A stretch of DNA of 64,000 nt, from positions 1 to 64,000 of the forward strand of contig JAPMXV010000034.1 of assembly GCA_026936335.1 (NCBI GenBank). Direction: 5' to 3'. Below the pieces are notes generated by a model, which saw only the letters and a program-made list of their open reading frames with translations, searched no databases and was not told where the DNA came from. This stretch comes from Mantamonas sphyraenae STR306 (taxonomy: Eukaryota > Protista > CRuMs). The translations under genes and the position numbers were made by a program. Shown here piece by piece: positions 20,695 to 32,694 of this stretch (position 1 is the first letter of the stretch; each line of letters begins with the position of its first letter).

Positions 20695-22949
20695 ATGAGC
20701 GCTGACGCTGCATGGAAGGCAAGTGTTTCCTGCACCCACCACAAAAAGGCTTTCCCGTAGACACCGCACCCCTGTACAATCGTGCTCCTGTGTCTGTCCG
20801 TGCGTGGCAGCCAGACGCAAATAGTTCCTGACACCCGCCAACATCACACACCGCCACTCTGCAGACCTGGCTCGATTGGACCACTCGTGCGGTATCCCAA
20901 GACGCCCAAGGTATACATGCGCCCTCTCTATCGTCTGTACACCGCCTCATGCACACCGAGTATGCCGCTTGCGGCACACAAGAGTCTGACGCGCCAAAGG
21001 CTCTCCTGCGCCACCATGCCGTCCTGGTCACCTCCATTCTCAACGGCATGGACTCGGAAGATGACTTGCGGCCCTCATCACAATGGTGGTGGGACCCTGT
21101 TCAACGTTGGCTCGACGCAAACAGCTGGCACACTGGCGAGGACGACGACAAACTTGCGCAACAGCCCGTCGCCAAGCGTCGGCGCATCGATCACCTTTCG
21201 CTCCTGCAGCGCATACGATCCCTGCGTACAGCCTCACAACTCAACGACACCCGTCTGCATTCTCACATGCGAACGCGCTCTGTGCTCCTTCAAGCGTGGC
21301 TGGACGGCACGCGCCGCCTCGACACCAGCCTCGATTTAGCCGACCCGCACACCCATTCAGCCCTTGCTTTGCTGCAAGCCCTCGAAAACGGCCACACAAC
21401 CACAGAGGAGGCTCTCACCCTCGCCCACAACCTGATGCAGCACGACCAGCACCACCCACAGAGCACCTGGCTCGCTGCCTACCTCTTGGCACACACTCGG
21501 CCCTCAACCGATCCTGTCCTTGCCCTTGCTCGCCAGCTTCTCCACACTTCTGCATACGAGCATGCTTTCCACCCGTGGATGGCCACAAACACTCTCGCTC
21601 TCGACCACCTGCACTCAACACCGCTCACGCCAGACTCGTACAAACACATCCTTGCTCTCCTGCACACCAGCGCCCACGAGGCCTCTCATCCCTTCACAGT
21701 ATCCCTTTCCCTCATTCTCTTCAACACATTCGCCCTCCACGACCGCATGGGCCGCTACCACAGCTTGAAGACTGTCGCTCGTGCTTTTCGCTCCGCCTTT
21801 GCCCATGAATTTGGCCGGAGAAGTACCACTGTCCCACAACATGCATCTTCTTCCTCCTCCTCCTCCTCCGCCACCTCCGCAACCGCAAACCTCCCGTGGC
21901 GCTTTGTACAAGTCCGTGCCGACGGACGCATTCAGTTTGCTCGCTCTGTCGTCGAGCTGCTGCAGTTGCGCATGTCCAACCCGCTCAACGATTACGACGC
22001 CTCGCTCTGTCAGATCCACCAGTGCGTCATCGACACCCGCCTTGCAATGCATGCTCTGCGAGTCGCCGATTTCTCGCAGGCTCTCACCAGCCTCCGCGCT
22101 ATCGTCCGCCTCCTCCTCCTACGCCGCTCCACCATTGCACGCCTTTTACGCCGCACACTTTCCATCGACCCATGGCTCCTAATCATGGCCTACCTCCACT
22201 GCCTCTACCGCTCGGGCCACATCGAGCACGCTCTCGCCCTCGCTGATGAGGTTGGACGCCGTTTGCCCCTTCACAGCAAACACACCTGGTTTCTGCACGC
22301 ACTCAAGGCCTCCGCGTTTCTCAACAAAGCCCTTGCGCGTGGCCATGCCCATGGCTGGGCTGCCGCTCACTCGCTTTTTGAAGAGTCCTGCCACAGCATC
22401 GACGAGGCCCTCGACCATTGCCAGCATGCACACAGCAGGCGTGCTCTTTACCTCAATCGAGGAATTGCTCTCTTCTGCATGGGTCGCACTCACCGCGCAC
22501 GTACCACCAACAGACACCGCGCCCTACGCGCCATCCTCCTCGCCCATCGCATGACTACCACACACGACGGTGAGGGCGAGCTTATCGACACACAGCACAC
22601 GTACCATGTCGCCTACAACGCCGCCCTCGCCCTCCTGCGACAGGGGCAAACCGTCCAGGGCTGTCTCTTGTGGCTGCGAACACGTGGATTTCCCCTTACA
22701 GACGTCCTCGACGTCTACCAAACCGCCCTGGACGACAGAACACGCGCTCTACACACCAGCCAATGGAACGGTCATCCAGAACAATTGCGCAACTCCCCAG
22801 AACTGAGCTTTGTCTCCCTCGACTGCTGGGTGCTCTCTCAATGGAAAACAATCCGTGCGGCCGCCATTGCAGAGAAGGAAATTGCCCAACTGGCCGAACT
22901 CGACATTGCCGATGACGACTGGGACTGGGAGGGCAGTGCCATCGAATGA
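20695..22949 (+). CDS. Hypothetical helical/TPR-like protein; first exon 20695-20718 joined by a GC-AG intron (20719-20864)
   Basis: 666-aa ORF extends in frame upstream to the AG at 20864; AAG|gcaagt donor; TPR-like LYLNRGIALFCMG and VAYNAALALLRQG. Confidence 0.65.
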
Positions 22950-23099
22950 ATCCCGCCCTCCGCCCCGCCCCATCCACACAAAACTCCAACACAACGTGCG
23001 TACCACCCAGTTTTTCATACCGGAGAGCGACGCCCCGCCCAGTCACCTTCTTGCTCACACACACATTCCCTTTCACCCGTCTCCTGCAGCTCTTCCATC

Positions 23100-24342
23100 A
23101 TGCAGCGGTTGATGCGTGATCTCGCCGGAATGGGCGGCGGCGGCATGATGCAGGGTATGGGCGACGAAGACATCCCAGACACCTCGGAGATCATCTACAT
23201 CTCCTCGCTTGCTCTCCTCAAGATGCTCAAGCACGGTACGTGGACATTTCATGCCTGTCTGGTCCTTTCCGCGCCCCCAAGAACACCGCGCCCCTGCCAA
23301 TTCCGCGCCCGAGCTGGCCCTCCCTGCCCTGCTTCCGCCTTTCGCCGCTCCCTTTGCCATCCTCCCCTCCTCGCTTCTTCCCCCACCCCCTTTTCTCTCC
23401 TCTTTGTATGCTTCCCTCGCTGCACCTTCTACCTTCCCACCTTCCTCGTTGCCCCTGCCATCCAGGGCCACTCACCCGCTTCGCGTTTCCGCGCGCAACA
23501 CTCTCGCCCCACTCCGCGCCTCTCTCCCACTCATCACAGGACGCGCCGGCGTACCCATGGAGGTGATGGGTCTCATGCTCGGTGACCTCGTCGACGACTA
23601 CACCATCAAGGTCGTCGATGTCTTTGCCATGCCCCAGAGCGGAACCGGCGTCAGCGTCGAGGCTGTCGACCCGGTCTTCCAGCAAAAGATGATGGAGATG
23701 CTCGAACGCACTCAGCGATCCTCTGTCGTTGTCGGTTGGTACCATTCCCATCCGGGGTTCGGCTGCTGGCTCTCTGGCGTCGATGTCAACACCCAAAAGA
23801 GCTTCGAGCGACTCCACCCGCGCAACGTCGCCGTCGTCGTCGATCCCATCCAGTCTGTCAAGGGCAAGGTTGTCATCGACGCCTTCCGCACCATCCCTCA
23901 GCAGATGGCCATCCTCGGCCAGGAGCCCCGCCAAACAACAAGCAACATCGGCCACCTGAAGAAGCCCAGCGTCGCCGCACTCATCCACGGCCTCAATCGC
24001 CACTACTACAGCATGGTCATTGGCTACCGCAAGAGTGAGCTCGAACAAAAGATGCTGCTCAACCTCCACCGCCGAGCCTGGACGGCTGGCCTCAAGCTCA
24101 AGGACTACGAGGAGCACGACAAGAGCAACCAGGAAACCGTCCAGGAGATGCTCGAACTCAGCAAGAACTACCACAAAATGGTCCAGGAAGAGAACAGCAT
24201 GACCCGCGAGAAGTTTGAGCTCGCCCAGGTTGGCAAGACTAACCCCAAGAAGCATCTCGCCGAGAATGTCAACAAGCTCATGTCCTCCAACATCAACCAA
24301 ATCCTCGGCTCCATGCTCGACAGTGTCGTGTTCAAGCTCTGA
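23100..24342 (+). CDS. PSMD14: 26S proteasome deubiquitinase subunit RPN11; intron 23236-23539; probable 5'UTR intron 22996-23089
   Basis: [28 protein letters not shown] and the JAMM motif [17 protein letters not shown]. Confidence 0.98.
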
Positions 24343-24398
24343 TTGTCCACACAAAGAAAATGCACATCCATTCCACACAACAACCTGCTCGCCTGCCG

Positions 24399-26318
24399 TC
24401 ACTGCAATCCCGAGCCACGATAAACGCGTTGTTGGCCACCGTCACCCGCACCTTGACTCCCTTCTTCACCCTGCGTGCTGGCCCCCACAGCCTGGAACGG
24501 TTCTGTGCCCACTTGTGTCTCTACCACATCGTACAGCCGTTGCCACACCTTTTGCACATGCTTTTCGTTGCGCACCTGCATCGATGCAAACTGCAACAGA
24601 CTTTGGCGAAGGTCGCCTGCCCGCTCCACATCAAACCGCGCCAGCTCCTGCTTGATTTCCGTGTCCATGGCCATAAACTCCGTCTCCAGCGCCTCCAGCT
24701 CGTTCATCGCTTCGCGCATCTCGTACTGTGCTTCAAACGACGTCGAATAGTACACCCGTTTGGCGTCCGCATTCCTCGCCGACTCCTGAACCTCCAGCAG
24801 GGCCTTGCTGCGGTTCGTCAGCAGCTTCTTTGTTGCCAGAGCGTACTGTGCGTAGTCTTGGAACGTGTCTTCGAACCCCAACTCCTCCAGTTGACTGTTG
24901 TGCACCGTCACCACGTGCATATCCTCGCACGCCTTGCCCAGCTTTGCCAGCCCGTTCGAAAGCTGAGGTTCGCTCTCTGCGTTGCCCATGTACTGTGCCG
25001 CCACTCCCAGGTCCGAAAAGGCAAGCCCCAGTTCCTGCTTCTTGCGCACAAGCTCCGCCTGCGTCTCTGTGATCCCCTGCAGGTTGTCGCTCAGTTCGTC
25101 CAGATAGTAGTTGAAGTTTGCAATCCCCGCGTCCACCTCGACGGGCGTCTCAGACAACACGTCCGAGATCGACTTGCCCACATAGTCCAGCAGGTCTGTC
25201 AGTGTCTCCTCCGTGTCCATCATTCTCGATTGCAGCATCTGTGTTTCCATCCTCTCCACTCGGTCAGTCTCTGTCCTCTCAACTCCATCACATCCATCGC
25301 GCACAAACAACTCACATCGATGCTGTCCTGTAGAAAGATCACCGTCCAGTGTGACCCTCGCAGCAGCGGGTGTGCTACAACTCGCCGAATGAACTTTTCC
25401 ATCAGCTTCCGCCGCCCTTCCACAAACTCTGCGTCGAACCGGTCTGCAAACCTGCGTGTCAGAGTGTGCGCTGCTTCCTCTACCCGCCCTTCACGTCTCG
25501 CATTTCCTGTCTCCCCCACTCACTGTAGTGCACGTCGCCTGGAAGAGGCGGAATCAGAACCCCAAAGTTTTCCTCGTCCAACCTGTCCCGCAGCCACTGG
25601 AAGTGGCTGTAGCACCGTAGCACCGTCTTGCTCTTGGCATACTTGTTGTGGTCCGCCTTGATTGCAAGTACGTCGTGCTGTGTGTGAGCCTCTGCCTGTC
25701 CTTGTTGTCCTCGAGGCCCCTCTTTGCCACCATCCCTCCCGCTCCTCTCCTCTCTCCCTGTGTTCCCTTTCCTGCACCCGTGCTGCACACTTGCCCATGC
25801 ACCTGTCTCTTCTCGTCCTCACTTACCTCTGTGGTCACGTTGTACGCAATAAACGCCTGCATACCCTCCCCCATCACGTGCGGTTCGCGCACCCTCACTT
25901 GCACATACGGGTTGCTCAGCAGGTCCTGGAACTCATAATCAGACACATCCAATTCCACCTTGCGCCGAGCGGCTGCCACTCGGCTACTCTCCTCGCGTGC
26001 CTCCGACTCCCCGCTCCTCTCACCACTTCCCTCTCGGCTTCCCTCCCCTCCCGCCGGCAACCCTTCTTCCCTCTCCTCGTTAAGTTCCACCACTGTCCCT
26101 GCAAACGCGTTGCTGCTCTCCCCATTCTCGCTGGCGGCGTCTCCGCCCGTCTTGTGTGCCGCCTTTAGCGCCTGGCTGCGCCGTGCTCCCTCGGCCAACT
26201 CCTCTCTTGACACAAGGTCTGCAAACGGATCCACCACAGCTGCGCCAGTCTCCTTTCCTCTGCCGTTTCCCTCTCCACTCTCCGCCGTCGTTGTCACACT
26301 CTTGTCTCCTTCGCTCAT
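24399..26318 (-). CDS. PX-BAR sorting nexin; 4 exons, probable 1-nt deletion near 25449
   Basis: PX motifs VREP...FIAYNV, VLRCYSHFQWLRDRL...LIPPLP, FDAEFVEGRRKLMEKFI..HP; BAR tail ELARFDVERAGDL. Confidence 0.85.
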
Positions 26319-26374
26319 GGCCGAATGCTTGCTGCAGCCCGAGCACAGCCACCTCAATCGAAACACTTTTTCCC

Positions 26375-27782
26375 ATGTCTTCCGAACCCGCCATTGTTGA
26401 TCTTTCTGTCTTTCTCAACGAAACCGACTTTGAGAACCCGTCCGAAGAGACCATTGCCGAGTGCCAGAAGCTCGCCAAGAGCCTCCAAGAAACCGGCATT
26501 GTGATTGCAAAGGACCCTCGCGTCTCCTCTGTATGTTTCTCGATGCGCACACACCTTTCCACAATGCCCTGCACCCGCCCACCCGTTCTTGTAGTCGTTT
26601 CATACACTTGGCGCACTGCATGCATGTCTGTGTGTTCCGCACGCTGCTGCAAAGACTAACCACGGATTTTCCCTTTTTGCAGGAGGACAACGCCACCTTC
26701 CTCGACATGATGGAGCGCTACTACGACCAGGACGACGACATCAAGCGCAAGGATGAGCGCCCAGACATTCACTACCAGTTGGGCGTGACCCCCGAGTTTA
26801 CTGAGGTCCCTCGTGACCATACGGCCCTTGTACGTGCGACGTGTTTTTCGCCCGCGCGGGGTTTCCGTTTTTCTCATCTCAAAACCTGCCAGTCCCTTCC
26901 CGAACCTTCTCGCGGGCTCCTGTGTGTATACAGCCCACCACCGTTCTGACACCCGTTGCCCTTTGGGCGTGCACTCTGTGCATACCACAGATCAACCAGC
27001 TGGATGGCTGCAACCTCGCCCACATCCCCGAAGGCGCCGATCCCAAGTGGCGTTTCCATTGGCGCATCGGCCCGCAGCCGGAAACCACCGAGTTTCCCCT
27101 GCTCAACGCAGACCCCGTCGTGCCCGAAGCATTCCAGGATGAGTGGGCCGAAAAGATGGACAAGTGGGGTGACTCCATGCTGGATTGCTGTGTCACCGTC
27201 GCCCAGATGGCCGCTGTCGGCATGGGCCTCGACAAGGACGTCCTTTCCGACAAGATGGCCTTTGGTCCCCACCTGCTGGCCCCGACCGGCTCCGATCTCA
27301 ACAAGTACGGCGACAAGGACACCATCTTTGCTGGCTTCCACTACGACCTCAACTTCCTTACCTGCCACGGCAAGAGCCGCTTCCCTGGCCTCTTTGCCTG
27401 GCTGCGCGACGGACAAAAGGTGCCCATCAAGGTGCCCGACGGATGCCTCCTCCTCCAGGCCGGTGCCCAGTTTGAGTACTTCACTGGCGGCAAGGTCATG
27501 GCTGGTTTCCACGAGGTTGTCGTTGCCGACAGCACTCTGGAGCGTATCGAGGAAGCCAAGGCGAACCAGCAATGCCTGTGGCGTGTCTCCTCCACCATGT
27601 TCTCCCACATCCAGTCTGACCAGACCCTCGAGGTTCTTGAGCCCTTTGCCAAGGATCTCGACGAGGAGACTCTGGCCAAGTATCCGCCCGTCAAGGCCGG
27701 CACTCAGGTCCAGGCCGAACTCGATGCCATCAACCTGGGTGAGGGCAAGACAGGCGGCAAGAGCAGCAACTCGGAGGAGTAG
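26375..27782 (+). CDS. 2-oxoglutarate/Fe(II)-dependent oxygenase (isopenicillin N synthase-like fold); introns 26532-26682 and 26830-26990
   Basis: AIVDLS N-terminus; HYD, AGFHEV and RVSS catalytic motifs. Confidence 0.88.
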
Positions 27783-27988
27783 ACACCAAGACATGAACAC
27801 TACCGTACACAAGCTACCCAGTGATCTTCCTGCACCTCCTGCATCCTCCTGCCCCCCCTGCCCCTTCTGCACCATCTGCATCCTCCTCCACCTGCATTCT
27901 CTCTTCCATCTCACTTCTGTCTTGCCACAAACAACAATTCAACATCCATCCACGCTACACCAACCACTCCAAGACCTCCCTCCCAAGC

Positions 27989-28561
27989 ATGCTCGATCCG
28001 CAACTCCGAAAACGCACCACCGCAGACGATTCGGGACAATCCAACACCAACGATGACATTGATTCCATGCAACATGCCCGTCCCGGTCGCTCCATTGCTC
28101 CAGCGTCTGGCGTCCGTGTCCGCATGGCCAACCAGAGCCACCGCGCTCCAGCATCGGGTCCAGCCGACCTCTCGCGCGACCCGCCCTCGGACTGGACCAC
28201 CACGATCCTCACTCTCCTCCTGCTCACTTGCGTCGCCCTCATTGTCTATCTCTATGGCGTGGCCTACCTTGACGAGGACTCCCAGCATATCTTTTGGGCC
28301 GTATCCCTCATGATCCTCTCCGCCGTGTTTTGGACCTGGTTCATCCTCAACCGCTCCGCCAACAAGAGGCGGCAGGCCAAGGCCAAGATTGCCCAGGAGA
28401 AGGAACGTCTCGCCAAAAAGTACTCCTCTTCATCCTCGTCGTCCTCGTCTGCTGCGTCATCCAGGAACAGGAGCTCCCGAAGACGACAGCCTGCACGCTC
28501 CTCCTCCTCCTCCTCCTCCTCCTCCCCGTCCTTTACAGCAGACAACGTACAACTCAGGTGA
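27989..28561 (+). CDS. Small hypothetical 2-TM membrane protein with a basic/Ser-rich tail
   Basis: Two hydrophobic helices (ILTLLLLTCVALIVYLYGV; IFWAVSLMILSAVFWTWFIL); codon style matches neighbouring genes. Confidence 0.7.
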   Translation: MLDPQLRKRTTADDSGQSNTNDDIDSMQHARPGRSIAPASGVRVRMANQSHRAPASGPADLSRDPPSDWTTTILTLLLLTCVALIVYLYGVAYLDEDSQHIFWAVSLMILSAVFWTWFILNRSANKRRQAKAKIAQEKERLAKKYSSSSSSSSSAASSRNRSSRRRQPARSSSSSSSSSPSFTADNVQLR

Positions 28562-28655
28562 TAGTCCAGACACACTTCCCAACCCTCTTCAACCTGCCTG
28601 CCAGCCACACAAACAAAATGGACTGCATTGCATTTCCAACTCCTCTGCCACCCCT

Positions 28656-29494
28656 TCAGATGGCCTGGTCGTAAAGCGACTGCGCGACCAGCGGTGCGAT
28701 GGACAGCACTTCGAACGGCTTTTGCCCTCGGATGGAGCTCAGCACTCGCGGATTGCTGTTGGTCACCCAGAACGTGTCAAAGATGTCCTCCTCCACGAAA
28801 CGCGTCCACGCATCGCCCGGAAACACTGCATGCGTGCAGTACGCAGACACCTTGGATGCTCCAGCCTCCTTGATGGCTTTGGAGCACTGCACCAGCGTGC
28901 CTCCGGTCTGAACCAAGTCGTCCACAATCACCACATGCTTCCCCTCGGGATTGCCGTCCTTGATCGTCACAATGCGCTTGTCCTCCACTCGCTTCTTCAC
29001 ACAAACCACCAACTCAAACCCGTCAAAGAATGTGCCGAATCGTTTTGCCGCCCCATCGTCGGGGAAGGCAATTGCCAGCTCGTCCTCAGACTCTTCCTTC
29101 AGCTTCTCCAGCTGCTCGTGCAGCAGCGGGATCGCCGTCTCTAGGATCGGGATCACGTTGTCGTCAAAGTAGAAGCGGCCCTGCAGCGTGTGCAGGTCAA
29201 ACACCGTCAGCCGCGTCGGCCCGCCCGGAGACACTGGCGTGCACGAGATCATGCGAGAAAGGGTCTTTGCCGTCGCGATCTCTCCCTCGTACATGACTCG
29301 CTCCATCGTCGCTGTCGGAAAGAACGGAAGCACAAGGTGCACACTTCGCGCGAGGTACTTCGGCAGGGCGTACAGCACCGCAAACTGGTCAAAGATGTCC
29401 CCGTCAAAGTGCATCGACGACAGGAACACCACGTTCCTATGCTTGATCTGCTTCACAGGCACATGGATGTTGGGAAACCCATCTGACCCACGCC

Positions 29495-29529
<35 letters not shown>

Positions 29530-29808
29530 ACGCACACATTCTGTCAGTCGCCGTTTGCGCACAAACACAAACCACCGCAAACGCGTCACCCACTTGAAAA
29601 ATCACTTACCCGGGAACTTCTTCCACGAGATCTCTCCAACTTCAAACGAGTCCGGATACAGCTCCGCGATCTCCTTGGCCAGATCTTCCATGCTTTCTGC
29701 GTACAGAATCAACATCTTGTCGTCCGCTATGAACAGCGCCCTTTGTGTCAGCCGGGCCCTCTCCCTCTCGCTCGTGCCCCTCCTGCTCTCGTCCCATCTC
29801 CCACCCTC

Positions 29809-29842
<34 letters not shown>

Positions 29843-29893
29843 CAACAACGCACACGACTTCTTCAGCTGCTGGATAGAGGAGGTGCTGCTCAT
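28656..29893 (-). CDS. Ribose-phosphate pyrophosphokinase, class II (plant PRS3/4-like); 3 exons
   Basis: WKKFPDGFPNI, LPFFPTATMERV, DLHTLQGRFYF, FPDDGAAKRF, VDDLVQTGGT; first exon MSSTSSIQQLKKS splices in phase. Confidence 0.92.
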
Positions 29894-29905
29894 CGTTCTC
29901 TTTCT

Positions 29906-31192
29906 TCACTGCTCTGTTTCAACTGCCTCTCCCGTCGCTGCATCGTCCTCGTCCACTCCTCCAGCACTCAGCGTCACCTCCACTGGCTCCTCCGTCTTCA
30001 CTGCCCCGCTCTCTTCCCCCGACTCCGACCCACCCGCCTTCTCCGTCTCCTCCTGGCCCACTTGTCCCCCCAGTTCGAAAAAGTCGTCGTCTTTGCTCTC
30101 GCCTGCCTCCTGCTCCTGCCCCTCCTCCGTGTCTTCGTTGTTCATCAACAACAGCACCTTGCCCTGACTCATGTTGGCCGTGTAGTGCTCAATGGCTTCC
30201 TTCACGCTCCGCAGCGGGAAGTACTTGCTCACAGTCACCGTTTCCATGCTCGAGGCCGTCTTTCCAGCTCGTGCTGCCATGTACACGGTCGACAGAAAAT
30301 TCTTGTTGCGCAGGTACACCCCCAGGTGGAATCCCAACAGCTGCTTCTCCTCCAGCACAAAGTCACTCGACTGCAGATTCCCAACCGTTGTCTGCGCCAT
30401 GTTTCCGTACAGGTAAAGCTTCGATTTCGGCGGCAGGCAGTTCATGATTGTTCCAGTCACGTCGTTGGCCACTGCATCAAACGCCACAGTGGCCCCCAGT
30501 TCAGCGGCAAGCGAACGCAGTTCCGCCGCGAAGCCCTCCTGCTCTTGAATCAGCACGTGCTTTGCCCCCACGCTCTTCAGAATCTCCACCTGCTCCTGCC
30601 GCCGCACGATGTTGATCACTTCCACCCCATTCTTTGTGCACAGGGCCAGAAGCAGTTTGCCCAAGCTGCTGCATGCCGGCGTGTTCACGCAGGCTTTCGC
30701 TCCGTTCGCACTCAGAATGTCCACGAATGCAATCACAGTCATCGGGTTCACCAGCATCGTCGCCGCCGCCTCGTCCGGCACGCTCTCGTCCACGTCAATG
30801 CACAGTGTGCTCTTTGTCACCATGTACTCTGCCCAGCAACCGCTTGCGCTACTTGCCTCATCTGGCGAGCAAGCAACACGTTTCCCCACCAACCGGTAGC
30901 CCAGCAGACCGCCCCCATTCTTCACGACCACCCCAGTTCCCTCCAGCCCAGGGATCATTGGCAATTCCTTGTCCACATGTCCGTACTTGCCCATAACCAG
31001 CGCCAGGTCGCTCGGATTGATCGGAGATGCAATCATGCGCAGCAGAACCTCTCCTTCCTGCGGCTCTGGCACAGGAACCTCCTCCACGCGAAGACCGTCT
31101 AGGTTGTCGTCGTTAAATTCGTGCAGGTGGACCACCTTCATTGTCTCTGGGATCTCATTTGCCCCGCTTTTGCTTCCACTGCTGCTGCTCAT
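29906..31192 (-). CDS. MDR-family (quinone/enoyl reductase-like) oxidoreductase with an acidic C-terminal tail; intronless
   Basis: IPETMKVV, ASPINPSDL, PGLEGTGVV, WAEYM, VNPMT, GKVLL. Confidence 0.9.
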   Translation of the reverse strand: MSSSSGSKSGANEIPETMKVVHLHEFNDDNLDGLRVEEVPVPEPQEGEVLLRMIASPINPSDLALVMGKYGHVDKELPMIPGLEGTGVVVKNGGGLLGYRLVGKRVACSPDEASSASGCWAEYMVTKSTLCIDVDESVPDEAAATMLVNPMTVIAFVDILSANGAKACVNTPACSSLGKLLLALCTKNGVEVINIVRRQEQVEILKSVGAKHVLIQEQEGFAAELRSLAAELGATVAFDAVANDVTGTIMNCLPPKSKLYLYGNMAQTTVGNLQSSDFVLEEKQLLGFHLGVYLRNKNFLSTVYMAARAGKTASSMETVTVSKYFPLRSVKEAIEHYTANMSQGKVLLLMNNEDTEEGQEQEAGESKDDDFFELGGQVGQEETEKAGGSESGEESGAVKTEEPVEVTLSAGGVDEDDAATGEAVETEQ

Positions 31193-32511
31193 CCTCTTTG
31201 GCTGCTTTGCCCGGCGCGCTTCACTCGGAATGCAACCATCCCATCCCGCGTGTCCACTCCCAGCACCACCCGTGTGTCCCTGTTCACCCATGCCACCACA
31301 GGCCCCTGCCGGAGACGCATCTCCAGCTCTGGGCCCCGGTCGTCAAACTCTGCTTGTGACACGTACAACACCTGCAAATCTGCTGTCTTGCTCTGGTATC
31401 CCTGTGTGTTGATCGATGCCAGAGATCCATCACGACGAATCGACAGCACCATAGGCCCCTTTGGACACCGCTCGTGCGGATTCCCAAGCATCATCCAGTT
31501 GTGTTTGCTCTTGCCGCACGCGAAGCACACGCTACACACACGCACACAAGTGTCAGTAGTCTTGCACATACATCTCGCCACAGCCATTCATACACCCCTC
31601 CCCGCACTAGCCCCTTACATCTCGCTGCAGCCGGGACAGCGTACAAACCGGCCCTTCACCGTATTCTTCACCACCATCTTCACTCGGCACTCCCCACACA
31701 CCCGCGACACGTCCCCGTTCATATTCCCAATCGCCACTAGGTTGTCCCATTCCTGCTCTGCAAGCTTCTCCCGGTATGCTGCCTCCGCCTCCTCCCGCTT
31801 TGCCTCCATCGTTGCAGCCGCCGCTTCCTCCACGCTCTCCACACTCAATGCCTCTTGGTGCTCCGACCGCTTCCCTCGGCTGTGAGTGTTCTCCAGACAC
31901 GACTCGCAGTACACCTCGTCGCACTCCTGGCAGTACAGGCTCGCCACGCTAGCCCGTCCGTTGGCGTCGCACACGGCACACACTTCTTCCACCATCAACA
32001 CCCCTTGGCCCTCTTCCTTCTCCTTCTCGTCCACATCCGCCTTTTCATCCACCGTGTCCACCACGCCCTCCGTTGTAGTCGCCACAACCCCACCCTCCAG
32101 GGCCGCTCTCGCCTTCTTCACCGCCTCCCCCACCTCCCCCACCTCCGTGCACTCCCCCATCTGCGCCACCATCTTTGTGTACACTCGTTCTCCGTCCTCC
32201 ACACTCATGCTTCGCCCACATCCATCCACCGCACAATTCCCCTTCAGCTCCAACCAACTCCGCGCTCCACACACGTCCGCACACACGCTGTGCCCACATT
32301 CACCCACATTCCGCACACAGTTGCTACTTTCGCACAATCTCTTGCATCCATCACACCGGCTCAACTCCTCCCGATCGTGCGTCTGCCGCCGACCCCGCGC
32401 GTGGAACTTTGCATCGCACTCTCCGCAAAACAGATTGTCTGTACACATCAAACACTCCACTGTTGCCTCCTTCTCGCATGATACGCATGAAAGCCGCCCC
32501 GCTGTGCTCAT
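31189..32511 (-). CDS. B-box / RING-like / B-box / IBR-like zinc-finger protein (putative E3 ligase); intron 31618-31532; start could be 32655
   Basis: CVSC...C..C...FCGECD...H......TH; CDGC...CGHSVC..C...CAVDGC; LYCQECDEVYCESC...H; spliced CGEC...CPGCSEIVCFACGKSKH. Confidence 0.75.
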
Positions 32512-32694
32512 GTTCCCTTCTCCACGTCTCCCGTTGGCGCCTCTGGCGCCAACTTTTCCACCCTGACCCTTGTGTGTTTGTTCTCCATCATCCCTCTTTC
32601 CAACTGCAACCCCCCGCATGCCCACATCCGCTGACACCCGTTTTTCCATCCCCATGACCTCGTTTTCCCCACCAAAGACACACTCTCGCCAACC

